64,000 nucleotides of DNA from Prochlorococcus sp. AG-670-O17. GTDB lineage: Bacteria; Cyanobacteriota; Cyanobacteriia; PCC-6307; Cyanobiaceae. The DNA lies in assembly GCA_003211315.1 (NCBI GenBank), contig QCTC01000001.1:43739-107738 (forward strand), read 5' to 3'. Of the stretch, positions 43,411 to 54,751 are shown in pieces. Under the pieces are notes generated by a model. The model was given only the letters and a program-made list of their open reading frames with translations. It made no database searches and was not told the origin of the DNA. The translations under genes were made by a program, and so were the position numbers. Within the stretch, counting starts at the first letter, position 1. Every line of letters begins with the position of its first letter.

Positions 43411-44580
43411 CTATTCAATCCATTTTAAGTTTGATCCAATAGCTTCTCTTACATTTGATAATTGGTGAATATTAATTTGTTTTATGATCCCATTAAGAAT
43501 ATTTGGGACTAATTGAGGACCTTTATATATCCATCCAGTGTATATTTGAACTAAAGATGCTCCAGAACATATTCGTTCCCAAGCAGATTCCGCACTATCT
43601 ATTCCACCTACTCCTATTAAATTAATATTTTTATTAATGTTGTGAATATGTCTAATTATTTGATTTGCTTTTTGTTGAAGTGGTTTGCCACTTAATCCTC
43701 CATTTTCCTCAGAAAGTAATAGACCTGTTTGTTTCATTTTTCTTTGTTCAAGACCTAATCTATCTAGACTAGTATTGGTTGCAATTATTCCATCAATATT
43801 CTCATCAAGTATTAGTTGGCATATATCTTCAATATCTTTATAGTTTAAGTCTGGTGCTATTTTCACAAATAAAGGTGGACAATTATCTAAATTTTTAACT
43901 TCTCTAAGTAGTTCTTTGAGAAGAATAGGATCTTGTAACTTTCTTAGTCCTTTAGTATTAGGTGAACTGACATTTATAACTGCGTAATCACAATAAGGAA
44001 TCAAAAGTTTTAAAGAAGTTAAATAATCTTCAGTAGCTTTGGATAAGCTTGTAATTTTAGATTTCCCAAAGTTTATGCCCAAACAATTATTTTTTCGATG
44101 CTTTTTTAATTCTACATTTTGCTTTAAAAAGTTTTTAACAAGATCTTGGGCACCATTATTATTGAATCCCATTCTATTTAATGCTGCCTGCTCTTTAGCC
44201 AATCTAAATAATCGTGGTTTAGGATTCCCAGATTGAGCAAATTTAGTAACTGTACCAATTTCAGCAAAACCAAATCCAAAATCCTTCCAAATATTTGCAG
44301 CATTACCATTTTTATCAAAACCTGCAGCTAAACCTACTGGATTACAAAAATCTATCCCACATATTTTTTGATGTAATCTTTTATCAATAACGCAAAATTC
44401 TTGATTTAAACTTTTTATTATTCTTGAAATTAAAGGCCAATTTCTATTTTTTGAACTAAAGGTGAGAAGACTTAAGGATAAATTTGTAAGGTACTCTGCA
44501 TCTATTCCGACATCTTTTTTAAGAATAGGAGTTACCAAGTTCTTATAAATATTATTAAAAGTTCCTTTCTGATCAATCAT
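43411..44580 (-). CDS. pyrD: Quinone-dependent dihydroorotate dehydrogenase
   Basis: GLAAGFDKN, GNPKPRLFRL, NRMGFNN, NVSSPNT, GGLSG. Confidence 0.97.
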   Translation of the reverse strand: MIDQKGTFNNIYKNLVTPILKKDVGIDAEYLTNLSLSLLTFSSKNRNWPLISRIIKSLNQEFCVIDKRLHQKICGIDFCNPVGLAAGFDKNGNAANIWKDFGFGFAEIGTVTKFAQSGNPKPRLFRLAKEQAALNRMGFNNNGAQDLVKNFLKQNVELKKHRKNNCLGINFGKSKITSLSKATEDYLTSLKLLIPYCDYAVINVSSPNTKGLRKLQDPILLKELLREVKNLDNCPPLFVKIAPDLNYKDIEDICQLILDENIDGIIATNTSLDRLGLEQRKMKQTGLLLSEENGGLSGKPLQQKANQIIRHIHNINKNINLIGVGGIDSAESAWERICSGASLVQIYTGWIYKGPQLVPNILNGIIKQINIHQLSNVREAIGSNLKWIE

Positions 44581-44593
44581 GAAAATATTAAGA

Positions 44594-45316
44594 TTAAGTA
44601 TTAGTATTCTCTATTATCCAATATTTTTCATTTTTAGGAATTAATCTCCAATTACGCCATTCAAATAGTTCATATTTTTGAATGAGTATATAACTTTCTT
44701 CTCCAAGTAATTCATTCAATTCACTAGAATTTAAACAATATTCATTTTCAGCAAATTGTTCAATTAATTTATTTTTGGAGAATAATTTTTGGATTTCATT
44801 AGTTTCTGTCTCTTTTGAAAAGTCTCTTGCTTCAAATGATTTTTCGACTTCTCCAAGAATAGGTATTCCTTTGCTATAGCTTGTAGCAATTAAATCCACT
44901 CTTTCATTCTGTTTATCCCCACTATGACCTTTTACGAATTCCATAAATAGACCTTTTATTCTTAGATCATCTATTTTTTGCCATAAATCCAAATTTCGAA
45001 CAGATTTACCTGCGCTTGTTTTCCATCCATTTCTCTTCCAATTGATTATCCATTTTGTATAGCCCTCAATAACATATTTACTATCTGTTCTTAATTTAAA
45101 GTTTTCTTTTAATTGAAAATGTTTTAACTTTTCGAGAGTTTTTATAGCTGCAGTAAGTTCCATTCTATTGTTAGTGGTATTTTCCTCAGAACCACCTATT
45201 TCTATTTCACTATTATCATTAAAAATTATTAGACCTCCCCACCCACCAGGACCTGGGTTTCCACTGCAAGCGCCATCTGTTGCAGCTTCAATTGCAATAT
45301 TTTTTTTACTATTCAT
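44594..45316 (-). CDS. rnhA: Ribonuclease HI with C-terminal extension
   Basis: TDGACSGNPGPGGWG, TTNNRMEL, TDSKY, VKGH..NERVD; start moved to ATG 45316 (MNSKK) to avoid overlap with rplL. Confidence 0.93.
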   Translation of the reverse strand: MNSKKNIAIEAATDGACSGNPGPGGWGGLIIFNDNSEIEIGGSEENTTNNRMELTAAIKTLEKLKHFQLKENFKLRTDSKYVIEGYTKWIINWKRNGWKTSAGKSVRNLDLWQKIDDLRIKGLFMEFVKGHSGDKQNERVDLIATSYSKGIPILGEVEKSFEARDFSKETETNEIQKLFSKNKLIEQFAENEYCLNSSELNELLGEESYILIQKYELFEWRNWRLIPKNEKYWIIENTNT

Positions 45317-45362
45317 AATAGTAAAGCCGATATATCTAATATCGGCTAGAAAAATTTTTACT

Positions 45363-45758
45363 CTATTTAAGTGTAACTTTACCGCCAGCTTCTTCAATCT
45401 CTTTCTTTAAAGTTTCAGCATCTGCTTTCGCGATACCTTCTTTAACTGTCTTTGGTGCTGATTCAACAAGTGCTTTTGCATCCCCAAGACCAAGACCAGT
45501 AGCATTTCTTACAACTTTAAGGACTTTGATTTTAGCCGCCGCATCAAAGCTTTCTAGAATTACGTCGAATTCAGTTTGCTCTTCGGCTGTGCCGCCGTCT
45601 CCATCTCCCCCTCCAGCACCTGGAGCTGCCATTACTACACCAGCTGATGCAGCTGCAGAGACTCCAAATGCCTCTTCAATTTGTTTAACAAGCTCAGACG
45701 CTTCTAAAAGTGAGAGGGATTTTAATGATTCGAGAATTTCTTCAGTTTTTGCAGTCAT
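45363..45758 (-). CDS. rplL: 50S ribosomal protein L7/L12
   Basis: [29 protein letters not shown]. Confidence 0.98.
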   Translation of the reverse strand: MTAKTEEILESLKSLSLLEASELVKQIEEAFGVSAAASAGVVMAAPGAGGGDGDGGTAEEQTEFDVILESFDAAAKIKVLKVVRNATGLGLGDAKALVESAPKTVKEGIAKADAETLKKEIEEAGGKVTLK

Positions 45759-45786
45759 TTTCTTAATAGATAATTAATTGTGAAGT

Positions 45787-46314
45787 TTAAGATTCTGATT
45801 TTTCAGAATGTTGTTTAAGTGATCTAGCAAGTCCAGAAGGCACTTCATTGATAGAAATAGCAATTTTTGTAGCAACACCATTTAGTGCTCCGGCAATTTT
45901 TGCCATTAGTACCTCTCTCGAAGGTAGACTTGCGATCTCTTTTATTTCAGATTCGCTGAGAAGTCTACCCTCAAATAAAGCTCCTTTGGTTTCGGATTTT
46001 TTTGTCTCATTCTGAAAAGATTGAATTGCTTTTACAGCTCCTCCAACATCTTCTTTGATTAAAACAAAAGCATTAGTCCCTGTGAGTAAAGATTCAAGAT
46101 CAGACCAACAACTATTCCCATCAATTGCTTTACGCATTAATGAGTTTTTAGTTACTTTGCAGATGCCATTATTTGTTTGCAATCTTGATCGCAAATCAGA
46201 CATCTCCTTGATAGTTAAACCTTTATAGTCAAGAACTACAGCCATTTCCGAATCATCTAACAGAGATTTTATTTCTGAGACGATTTTTTGCTTATTCTCT
46301 ATTGTTCGGCCCAT
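45787..46314 (-). CDS. rplJ: 50S ribosomal protein L10
   Basis: [12 protein letters not shown] start at ATG 46314; DYKGLT, KVTKNSL, LPSRE. Confidence 0.97.
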   Translation of the reverse strand: MGRTIENKQKIVSEIKSLLDDSEMAVVLDYKGLTIKEMSDLRSRLQTNNGICKVTKNSLMRKAIDGNSCWSDLESLLTGTNAFVLIKEDVGGAVKAIQSFQNETKKSETKGALFEGRLLSESEIKEIASLPSREVLMAKIAGALNGVATKIAISINEVPSGLARSLKQHSEKSES

Positions 46315-46476
46315 TGTCGTTTTTGGATCGTAATTTAGGAAGAGCAGGAAATGCGGCAAAGTCCATTTATGAAAGAGGCCGCACTTATTAGATCCAAAAA
46401 GAAAATAATTAAGACGAAACCTCGGCAGGATTTAATAATTTAGCCGAAACTAAATAAACCTACTTTCTTTGGCCGT
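46315..46476 (-). ncRNA. L10 leader (rplJL autoregulatory RNA)
   Basis: Minus strand CCAAAGAAAGTAGG...(TTTAGT-TTCG-GCTAAA hairpin)...TTAAATCCTGCCGAGG matches the L10 leader core; lies between rplA and rplJ. Confidence 0.8.
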
Positions 46477-46490
46477 ATTATTGCTTTAAA

Positions 46491-46496
46491 ATTATA
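46491..46496 (-). promoter_or_regulatory. Putative -10 box for the rplJL transcript
   Basis: TATAAT on the minus strand just upstream of the L10 leader. Confidence 0.5.
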
Positions 46497-46506
46497 CTAC
46501 AGAGCG

Positions 46507-47214
46507 TTAACTTTCAGGTTGATAATCTTGCAAGGCATTTATATCGACTTGAACGGAAGGTCCCATAGTTGAAGTTACATAAAAACTTTTCCAATACTTA
46601 CCCTTAGCGCCACTGGGCTTATTTTTATCAATCGATTCTTGTAATGTCTTTAAGTTTTCAAATAAAGCATTTTCGGTGAAACTAGCTTTCCCAAAGCGAA
46701 CATGCACTATTCCAGCTTTATCTGCTCTGAATTCTAATTTACCCGCTTTAAATTCTTTTATTGCACTAGCTATATCACCAGTTACAGTACCGGCTTTAGG
46801 ATTTGGCATTAAACCCCTTGGACCTAATACTCTTCCAAGTTTTGCTACTTTTGGCATCATATCAGGAGTTGCAATAAGCAAATCAAAATCCATATTGCCT
46901 TTATTAATGCTTTCTACAAGATCCTCTTCTCCAAAAAGATCTGCACCTGCAGATTTGGCTTTTGCTACATTTTCACCGCTAGTGATAACAGCAATTTTAA
47001 TACTTTGACCAGTACCATTAGGTAGAGCTACGGTTGTTCGTAACTGTTGATCTGTGTATTTTGGATCAATACCTAAACGAATATGAGCTTCAATGGTCTC
47101 ATCAAATTTAGCGTTTGCATTTTTCTTGATAATACCTAAGGCATCAAGGGGAGCATATTTGCGATCTTCTATCTTTGAGGATAGATCCGCCATTCTTTTA
47201 GAAAGTTTTTTCAT
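46507..47214 (-). CDS. rplA: 50S ribosomal protein L1
   Basis: [37 protein letters not shown]. Confidence 0.99.
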   Translation of the reverse strand: MKKLSKRMADLSSKIEDRKYAPLDALGIIKKNANAKFDETIEAHIRLGIDPKYTDQQLRTTVALPNGTGQSIKIAVITSGENVAKAKSAGADLFGEEDLVESINKGNMDFDLLIATPDMMPKVAKLGRVLGPRGLMPNPKAGTVTGDIASAIKEFKAGKLEFRADKAGIVHVRFGKASFTENALFENLKTLQESIDKNKPSGAKGKYWKSFYVTSTMGPSVQVDINALQDYQPES

Positions 47215-47223
47215 AATTAATTT

Positions 47224-47254
47224 GGGTTCAAACGGTTAAAGAATTAACCTCCCC
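47224..47254 (-). ncRNA. L1-binding leader element upstream of rplA
   Basis: Minus strand GGGGA-GGTTAA-TTCT-TTAACC-GTTTGAA-CCC: two helices around an asymmetric internal loop, like the L1 target. Confidence 0.65.
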
Positions 47255-47280
47255 TAAAAAGTGAATGTTTGGGATGGAAT

Positions 47281-47706
47281 TTATTCAGTAATTGAAACGC
47301 CCATATTTCGAGCAGTTCCTTCAATCACCTTCATAGCTGATTCAATACTTGTACAGTTTAAATCAGGAAGCTTTGTTTTGGCTATCTCCTCTAATTGAGA
47401 TTTACTAATATTTCCAACAGATCCTTTTGAAGATTCACCAGCTCCTTTTTCTATTCCAGCGGCTTTAGTTATTAAGACTGAAGCAGGTGGAGTTTTGGTT
47501 ATAAATGTAAAGCTTCTATCTTCAAAAACTGAAATTTCAACAGGAATAACAAAACCGGCTTTGTCTTGTGTTCTTGCATTATATTCTTTGCAAAATGCCA
47601 TGATATTGACACCATGCTGACCTAATGCTGGACCCACTGGTGGGGCTGGGTTTGCTTTGCCAGCTTGAAGTGCTAGTTTAATAACCGCAACAATTTTTTT
47701 TGCCAT
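47281..47706 (-). CDS. rplK: 50S ribosomal protein L11
   Basis: [33 protein letters not shown]. Confidence 0.99.
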   Translation of the reverse strand: MAKKIVAVIKLALQAGKANPAPPVGPALGQHGVNIMAFCKEYNARTQDKAGFVIPVEISVFEDRSFTFITKTPPASVLITKAAGIEKGAGESSKGSVGNISKSQLEEIAKTKLPDLNCTSIESAMKVIEGTARNMGVSITE

Positions 47707-47768
47707 TAGTTTCTTGAATTTTAACGGGGTTTTAAATAATTAATTTACTCGATAAACAAAAATAATAA

Positions 47769-48380
47769 TTAATTTTGTTTATTGATTTGGGAGAATTCTA
47801 ATTCTACAGGAGTTTCGCGCCCAAAGATTGAAAGTAATGCTTTTAATTTATTTCTTTCACCCGAAACTTCTATTACTTCACCTTGGAAATCCTTAAAAGG
47901 TCCACTAGTAACAATAATTCTATCTTTCTCCTCAAGATCTAATTTTATTACAGCTTTCTTCTCCGAGGCGCGCTTAAATATTCTATTTACCTCTTGCCTT
48001 GATAAGGGTCGAGGTTTGATATGTCCTCGTGATCTGCCGCTGCCTCTTCCATCTTCTGCTCCAACAAAATTAATGACATTAGGAGTACTTTTTACAGCCA
48101 TCATTGTATCTTCATCCAGAATCATCCTAACCAAGACATAGCCAGGGAAAACTTTTTCCTCTGTAGTTTGTCTGGAACCATCTTTCTTGAGTTTAATACC
48201 AGGAGTTTGAGGAATCTCAATCTCTATAATTCTATTATTAACTCCTAACGTAACTGACCTTTGCTCGAGAGTAGCTTTTACTTTCTTTTCACAGCTTGAT
48301 GCAACTTGAACCGCATACCATCTAGCAATACTAGTATTAGCTTTGTTGGGACTTAGGTTTGTTGTCAATTCATTACTCAT
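47769..48380 (-). CDS. nusG: Transcription elongation factor NusG
   Basis: WYAVQVASSCE, FPGYVLV, KOW GPFKDFQG, IFGRETPVEL. Confidence 0.98.
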   Translation of the reverse strand: MSNELTTNLSPNKANTSIARWYAVQVASSCEKKVKATLEQRSVTLGVNNRIIEIEIPQTPGIKLKKDGSRQTTEEKVFPGYVLVRMILDEDTMMAVKSTPNVINFVGAEDGRGSGRSRGHIKPRPLSRQEVNRIFKRASEKKAVIKLDLEEKDRIIVTSGPFKDFQGEVIEVSGERNKLKALLSIFGRETPVELEFSQINKQN

Positions 48381-48455
48381 TTTTCTTTCTATGGAAACTG
48401 GATAAATGATCTTTTTAAAATTATAGGGTTGAATCTATATTTAAAAATTTTTAAT

Positions 48456-48695
48456 TTAACGGAAAATTTGCGATGCTGCCCATCCATAAAACCTACTTAC
48501 AGATGCAATTGCTGCTGCCGAAAAGGATACCATAATGATAACAGCAATAGATTCGCTAAATAACTGTTGTCTGTTAGGCCATACAACTAGTTTGAGTTCA
48601 TCGAATGTAGAAGTTAAAAAATTCTTCTTTTTCTTGGGCTCTTTTATTTCAGAAGTCTCTTTTTTAAGAGGTTCTTGATTAGTAGGACTTGTCAC
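48456..48695 (-). CDS. secE: Preprotein translocase subunit SecE
   Basis: ELKLVVWPNRQQL plus a TM helix; directly upstream of nusG. Confidence 0.95.
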   Translation of the reverse strand: MTSPTNQEPLKKETSEIKEPKKKKNFLTSTFDELKLVVWPNRQQLFSESIAVIIMVSFSAAAIASVSRFYGWAASQIFR

Positions 48696-48745
48696 AAAAT
48701 TTTAATTAAGTTTAAGCTTAAAAAACTTAAAACTATTTTAGCTCA

Positions 48746-51505
48746 TCAGCTAGGTTTAAATAAAATCTCATCTTTTTTTGAAGGACTAATCTTTACAGAT
48801 ATATTTTTTTTATTCTTAAAATTATCTTCTAATAATTTTGATGCAAGAGGATTTTCTATTTGTCTTCTAAGCTCTCTTCCTAAGGGCCTAGCGCCATATT
48901 CAGGCTGATAGGAATCATTAGCAATCTTTTGTATAACTCTTTTATCAATATTAATTTTTATCCCCTGTTCAAGTAATAATTTCTTTAAATCTTCTATTTG
49001 TAAAAGAATTATTTTTTGTAGTTGATCAATTGATAGTGTATCAAATTTTACTATTTCGTCGATTCTGTTTAAAAATTCGGGTCTAAAAATAGAGGATAAT
49101 GATCTATTTATAGAATCTTGTAAAGTTTGTTTTCTTAACTCGGAATTTTCTTTGTAATTCGGAGTTTTTTTTGAATCTTCTAATATTATTTTTCCAGCTA
49201 AATTACTAGTCATTATTATTACTGTATTTTTGAAGTCAACTGTTCTTCCTTTAGAATCAGTTAATCTTCCTTCATCTAAAACTTGTAGGAGGATATTGAA
49301 AACTTCTGAATGGGCTTTTTCGATCTCATCAAGAAGAATTACAGAATAAGGTTTTCTCCTAACTGCTTCAGTTAATTGCCCTCCCTCTTCGTAGCCAACA
49401 TAACCAGGAGGAGCTCCTAAAAGTCTTGCGACAGCGTTCTTCTCCATATATTCACTCATATCCAATCTTAATAAAGCTTCTTCTTCATCAAACAATGATG
49501 ATGCTAGAGATTTTGCTAATTCTGTCTTGCCAACTCCTGTCGGACCCATAAATAAGAATGATCCAATTGGTCTTTTAGGGTTCTTCATTCCAACTCTCGC
49601 TCTTCTTATCGCAGAAGAAACAGCTCCTATAGCTTTTTCCTGTCCAATAACTTTTTCGCTTATCTCTAACTCTAGGTTAACTAATTTTTTTCTTTCATTA
49701 GAAACTACTTTGGCAATAGGAATCCCAGTTATTTTTGAGATAACATCAGCAATATCATCAGGTTCAACTTTATATTTGAAATTATATTTTTTATTTCTTT
49801 GAAGTTTCTGGAAACTTATCTCAATGTTTTTTATTTCACATTCAACTTTATTAAGTTCTGCTTGTAGATTATTTATAGTGTTCGGGTGATCTGACTTATC
49901 ATTATGAATGCTTAATTCTTCGATTTCTAGAATTAGTTTATCCTCTTCTTTTAGCAAAAAAGTTAATTGTTCCATTTTTTCTCGCTCATTATTCCAATCA
50001 TTAGTAATTTCATCCAATTTGTTTATAGATAATTCTTTGCTTTTTAATAATTGTTCTCTTTCTTCAATATTCTCTGGGGAGATATTTTTTAACTTAATTT
50101 CAATAGCATCGATTTTGCTTTCTTCATCGATAATTATTTGAGGTTTTATATTGGATTCTATTTTTAATTGGGCTGCAGCTTCATCTATTAAATCTATTGC
50201 TTTATCTGGAAGACACTTATCGCTTATGTATCTATCTGCAAGTCTCGCAGAACAATTAATCGCTTCTTCTGTAATTCTAATGCCATGATGTAATTCATAT
50301 TTCTTTTTTATACCTTGTAAAATTTTTGCACTTAACTCAACTGATGGTTCATTCACTAATATCTTTTGAAAACAATTATTTAATGCCTGATCTTTTTCAA
50401 TACTTTCGCGAAACTTTTCAGGTGTTGTTGTTCCTATGCATCTCAGATCACCCTCAGTCAGTAAAGGTTTTAAGATACTACTTATATCTGTTGTAGTTCT
50501 ATCAGAACTGATTATTGTATGAATTTCATCAATAAATAAAATAATCCCCTGATTTGAGTCTTTTATTTCATTAAGTATTAAGCTTAGTCTTTCCTCCAAT
50601 TGACCTCTAAATTTTGTTCCGGAAACTAATGCTCCTAAGTCAAGAGAGATGATTTTTAAGTTTTTTAATGAATCAGGAACTTTTTTTTCTACTATCAATT
50701 GAGCAAGTAATTTGGTAATAGAAGTTTTACCAACCCCTGGATAACCAATGAGGATTGGATTGTTTTTACTTCGACGAGATAAAACTCTCATTAAGTTATT
50801 AATCTCATCACCTCGCCCTATTACTGGGTCTAGTAGACCTTCTTTAGCAGATCCTGTTAAATCTTTTCCGTAAAGAGATAGCGCATTCTCTTCAATTTTT
50901 TGTTTGGATTCAATTTTTAGATTACTTTTCGTTGAAGGGATTATGGCTTTTGATTCCTTTATTAGCTCCTCCTTTTCACTTTCATCGATAGATTTATTTA
51001 TTAATATATAATCCTCATCAGATATGTTTTTTTTATTTTCTATGTAATTTTTTCTTTGAATAATATTTGGGGAAAATTTTAATTCTTCTTCTAATTGTTC
51101 TACTGAAAGGTCCCCTTCTTGAAAAACATAATTACCTATTCTTGAATCTCTTCCTAAAGCAATTAACAAATGAGGAATCTCTATTAAATTTGATCCCCAA
51201 TGTGTTTTAATTTGATTTGCATTATCTAATAAAATTTCGAGCTCTTCACCAATAGTAAAAATATCTGAATCATTTATTGGCGTTTCTTCTAAAAAATCTT
51301 CAGTTATGTCTAGAACTGTATTTTGATCTATTGATAAATTTTCTATAAATGAAAAGAATTCACTTGAGGTGAACAAAGTATGAATAATGTGTTCAATATT
51401 AAATTCACTATGATCCCATTTTTTTGCAGTTTCTTCCCCCAATAGAAGAAGATTCCAACTTATATCACTAAAAAGTTCTGGATTTGAGGTAAGAGTTTCT
51501 CTCAT
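48746..51505 (-). CDS. clpB: Atypical ClpB-family AAA+ chaperone (ClpB2-like)
   Basis: Clp N-domain, D1 (GYPGVGKT, LFIDEIH), coiled-coil M-domain, D2 (GPTGVGKT, GYVGY, LLDEIEKAH, YGARPL). Confidence 0.88.
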   Translation of the reverse strand: MRETLTSNPELFSDISWNLLLLGEETAKKWDHSEFNIEHIIHTLFTSSEFFSFIENLSIDQNTVLDITEDFLEETPINDSDIFTIGEELEILLDNANQIKTHWGSNLIEIPHLLIALGRDSRIGNYVFQEGDLSVEQLEEELKFSPNIIQRKNYIENKKNISDEDYILINKSIDESEKEELIKESKAIIPSTKSNLKIESKQKIEENALSLYGKDLTGSAKEGLLDPVIGRGDEINNLMRVLSRRSKNNPILIGYPGVGKTSITKLLAQLIVEKKVPDSLKNLKIISLDLGALVSGTKFRGQLEERLSLILNEIKDSNQGIILFIDEIHTIISSDRTTTDISSILKPLLTEGDLRCIGTTTPEKFRESIEKDQALNNCFQKILVNEPSVELSAKILQGIKKKYELHHGIRITEEAINCSARLADRYISDKCLPDKAIDLIDEAAAQLKIESNIKPQIIIDEESKIDAIEIKLKNISPENIEEREQLLKSKELSINKLDEITNDWNNEREKMEQLTFLLKEEDKLILEIEELSIHNDKSDHPNTINNLQAELNKVECEIKNIEISFQKLQRNKKYNFKYKVEPDDIADVISKITGIPIAKVVSNERKKLVNLELEISEKVIGQEKAIGAVSSAIRRARVGMKNPKRPIGSFLFMGPTGVGKTELAKSLASSLFDEEEALLRLDMSEYMEKNAVARLLGAPPGYVGYEEGGQLTEAVRRKPYSVILLDEIEKAHSEVFNILLQVLDEGRLTDSKGRTVDFKNTVIIMTSNLAGKIILEDSKKTPNYKENSELRKQTLQDSINRSLSSIFRPEFLNRIDEIVKFDTLSIDQLQKIILLQIEDLKKLLLEQGIKINIDKRVIQKIANDSYQPEYGARPLGRELRRQIENPLASKLLEDNFKNKKNISVKISPSKKDEILFKPS

Positions 51506-51784
51506 GAACTATACAAAATTTATGCTTGATAATTTATTTTTATCTTAATTAAGAATAACTTAATGATCATTTAGAATTTTTTTAAGATTATAAGATGAAA
51601 TTAAAAAATTTTTTGTTAAATTAAAGAGAGTTTTGTGTTTGTTTGGCAAATTTTCATGATTACTAGATAATTGGGTTTAAGCACTTGTTTTGAAATCAAA
51701 AAAAATTATTTGATTATCTTCTTTATATTTCAGATATTAGCCAAATACTTCAGCTATTTATAGGATTTAAATAGTATTAATTAA

Positions 51785-53080
<1,296 letters not shown>

Positions 53081-53083
53081 TTT

Positions 53084-54751
53084 TTATTGCTTAAGCTTTT
53101 CTATTCTTGAACCTTTTCTCATACTTAATTGGCATTTAATCCAATCAATACTTATTGGTGCTGCAAAAATTAAAGGTAAGACCGCAAAATTATTTTGACT
53201 ATTAGTTACTAGTAAAGCTGATGCTATGGTTAAGCTTCCGATAAGAATGGAATGACCTAATGATTTTTGAGCAGTAAACATTTTCTTAAATTGCCTATCA
53301 GACTCGCCCATCCTTATTTGAAGTTGTAAATCACCCTGTTCTAACCTCTCTAAACTCTCATCAATTCTTTTTGGGATACCTACAGCTTTTGAACCTAACT
53401 CCCCTACTTGCCTACCAAATTGGTTAATTAAATCATTAGGTGTTTGATTGTTAGAAGTCATTAGATCAATTAGATAAGGCTTAGTAATTGATACAAGGTT
53501 AAACCCTGGGTCTAACATTCTACCAACTCCTTCAAAAGTTGATAGTGCTCTCATCACAAATATTAAATCAACTGGTAGCTGAAAAGGAGTTTCATAAACA
53601 AGTTCGTATAAATCCCCAGATAGTTTTTCGATGATATTTGGGCTGAATGGAGGAGTTAAAGCTTCTTTAAGCATTAATCTAACTAATCTTCTAACTGGTC
53701 CAACATCTATATCTTTAGAAATCAATCCCGCTTGCTGGAGTTGAGTTACTAGTGATGATGCATCTCTTAATGCTGCAGATTGAACCATAGATCCTAAGCT
53801 TGCTTGTAGATTATTTGAAATATTTCCCATCATCCCAAAATCATAAAAGATTAATTTGCCTGAATTTGAAACAGCTAAATTACCTGGATGAGGATCTGCA
53901 TGAAAAAAACCATAATTTACAAGCTGTTTTAAATAGCTAATTGCACCTATTTCTGCAATCTTTGAGAGGTCAATATTCTTAGATTTTAATTTTTCAACGT
54001 CACTTATTTTTGTGCCTTCTAAATAACTCAAACAAAGAACTTTTTCACTGCTCAAGTTCCAAATTACCTCTGGAACTTCTACATTTTCATCATCAAGAAA
54101 TTGTTGCCTAAACCTTGCGGCATATTGAGCTTCACATTTAAAATCTAGTTCTTTCATAAGAACTTTCCTACACTCTTTTGCTATTGCAACCCAATTTCTT
54201 CCTCGACTCCATTTCTTATTTTTTTGGATTATGAAAGCAATTTGTTGCATTATATTTAGATCGATTGTGAATAAATTCTTTAAATTTGGTCTTTGCACTT
54301 TAAATACAACTTCTTTACTATTTGATAAAATCGCTTTATGAACCTGAGCTAAAGAAGCTGATCCAATTGGTATTGCATTAATTTGTTTGATTTCTAAGAA
54401 CTTCGGACCTAATTCTTTTTTGATAATTTCTTCAACTTTTGGATATGAAAACTGAGGGACTTGATCTTGTAACTTTGATAATTCTTGTATCCAAGTATTA
54501 GGTATTAAATCAGGCCTTGCCGATAATAGCTGACCAATTTTGATAAAGGCTGAACCAAGCTCAATTAATTGATTAGTAAACCACCTAGCTCTTTTTATTT
54601 GAACTTTATTTTTTTTATCTTTATTAGTTCGAAAAATTTTAAATTTTAAATTGTCTAGCCATAAGTTGAACAAGAGTAAAATAAGTATTCTCCAGATAAG
54701 AAGTCCTCTTTTGATTTTCTTTATTCGATTTTTTAATTTATGATTTCTCAT
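53084..54751 (-). CDS. AarF/ABC1/UbiB-family atypical kinase
   Basis: FIKIGQ (KxGQ), GSASLAQVH, KVQRP, HADPHPGN, YDFGM; C-terminal TM segments. Confidence 0.92.
   Translation of the reverse strand: MRNHKLKNRIKKIKRGLLIWRILILLLFNLWLDNLKFKIFRTNKDKKNKVQIKRARWFTNQLIELGSAFIKIGQLLSARPDLIPNTWIQELSKLQDQVPQFSYPKVEEIIKKELGPKFLEIKQINAIPIGSASLAQVHKAILSNSKEVVFKVQRPNLKNLFTIDLNIMQQIAFIIQKNKKWSRGRNWVAIAKECRKVLMKELDFKCEAQYAARFRQQFLDDENVEVPEVIWNLSSEKVLCLSYLEGTKISDVEKLKSKNIDLSKIAEIGAISYLKQLVNYGFFHADPHPGNLAVSNSGKLIFYDFGMMGNISNNLQASLGSMVQSAALRDASSLVTQLQQAGLISKDIDVGPVRRLVRLMLKEALTPPFSPNIIEKLSGDLYELVYETPFQLPVDLIFVMRALSTFEGVGRMLDPGFNLVSITKPYLIDLMTSNNQTPNDLINQFGRQVGELGSKAVGIPKRIDESLERLEQGDLQLQIRMGESDRQFKKMFTAQKSLGHSILIGSLTIASALLVTNSQNNFAVLPLIFAAPISIDWIKCQLSMRKGSRIEKLKQ

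Noticed and set aside
45317-45397. Track N-terminal extension of rnhA
   Set aside because: Overlaps the rplL 3' end; ATG 45316 fits RNase HI better
46315-46359. Track N-terminal extension of rplJ / possible leader peptide (MPHFLL...)
   Set aside because: Falls inside the leader hairpin; cyanobacterial L10 starts at MGRT
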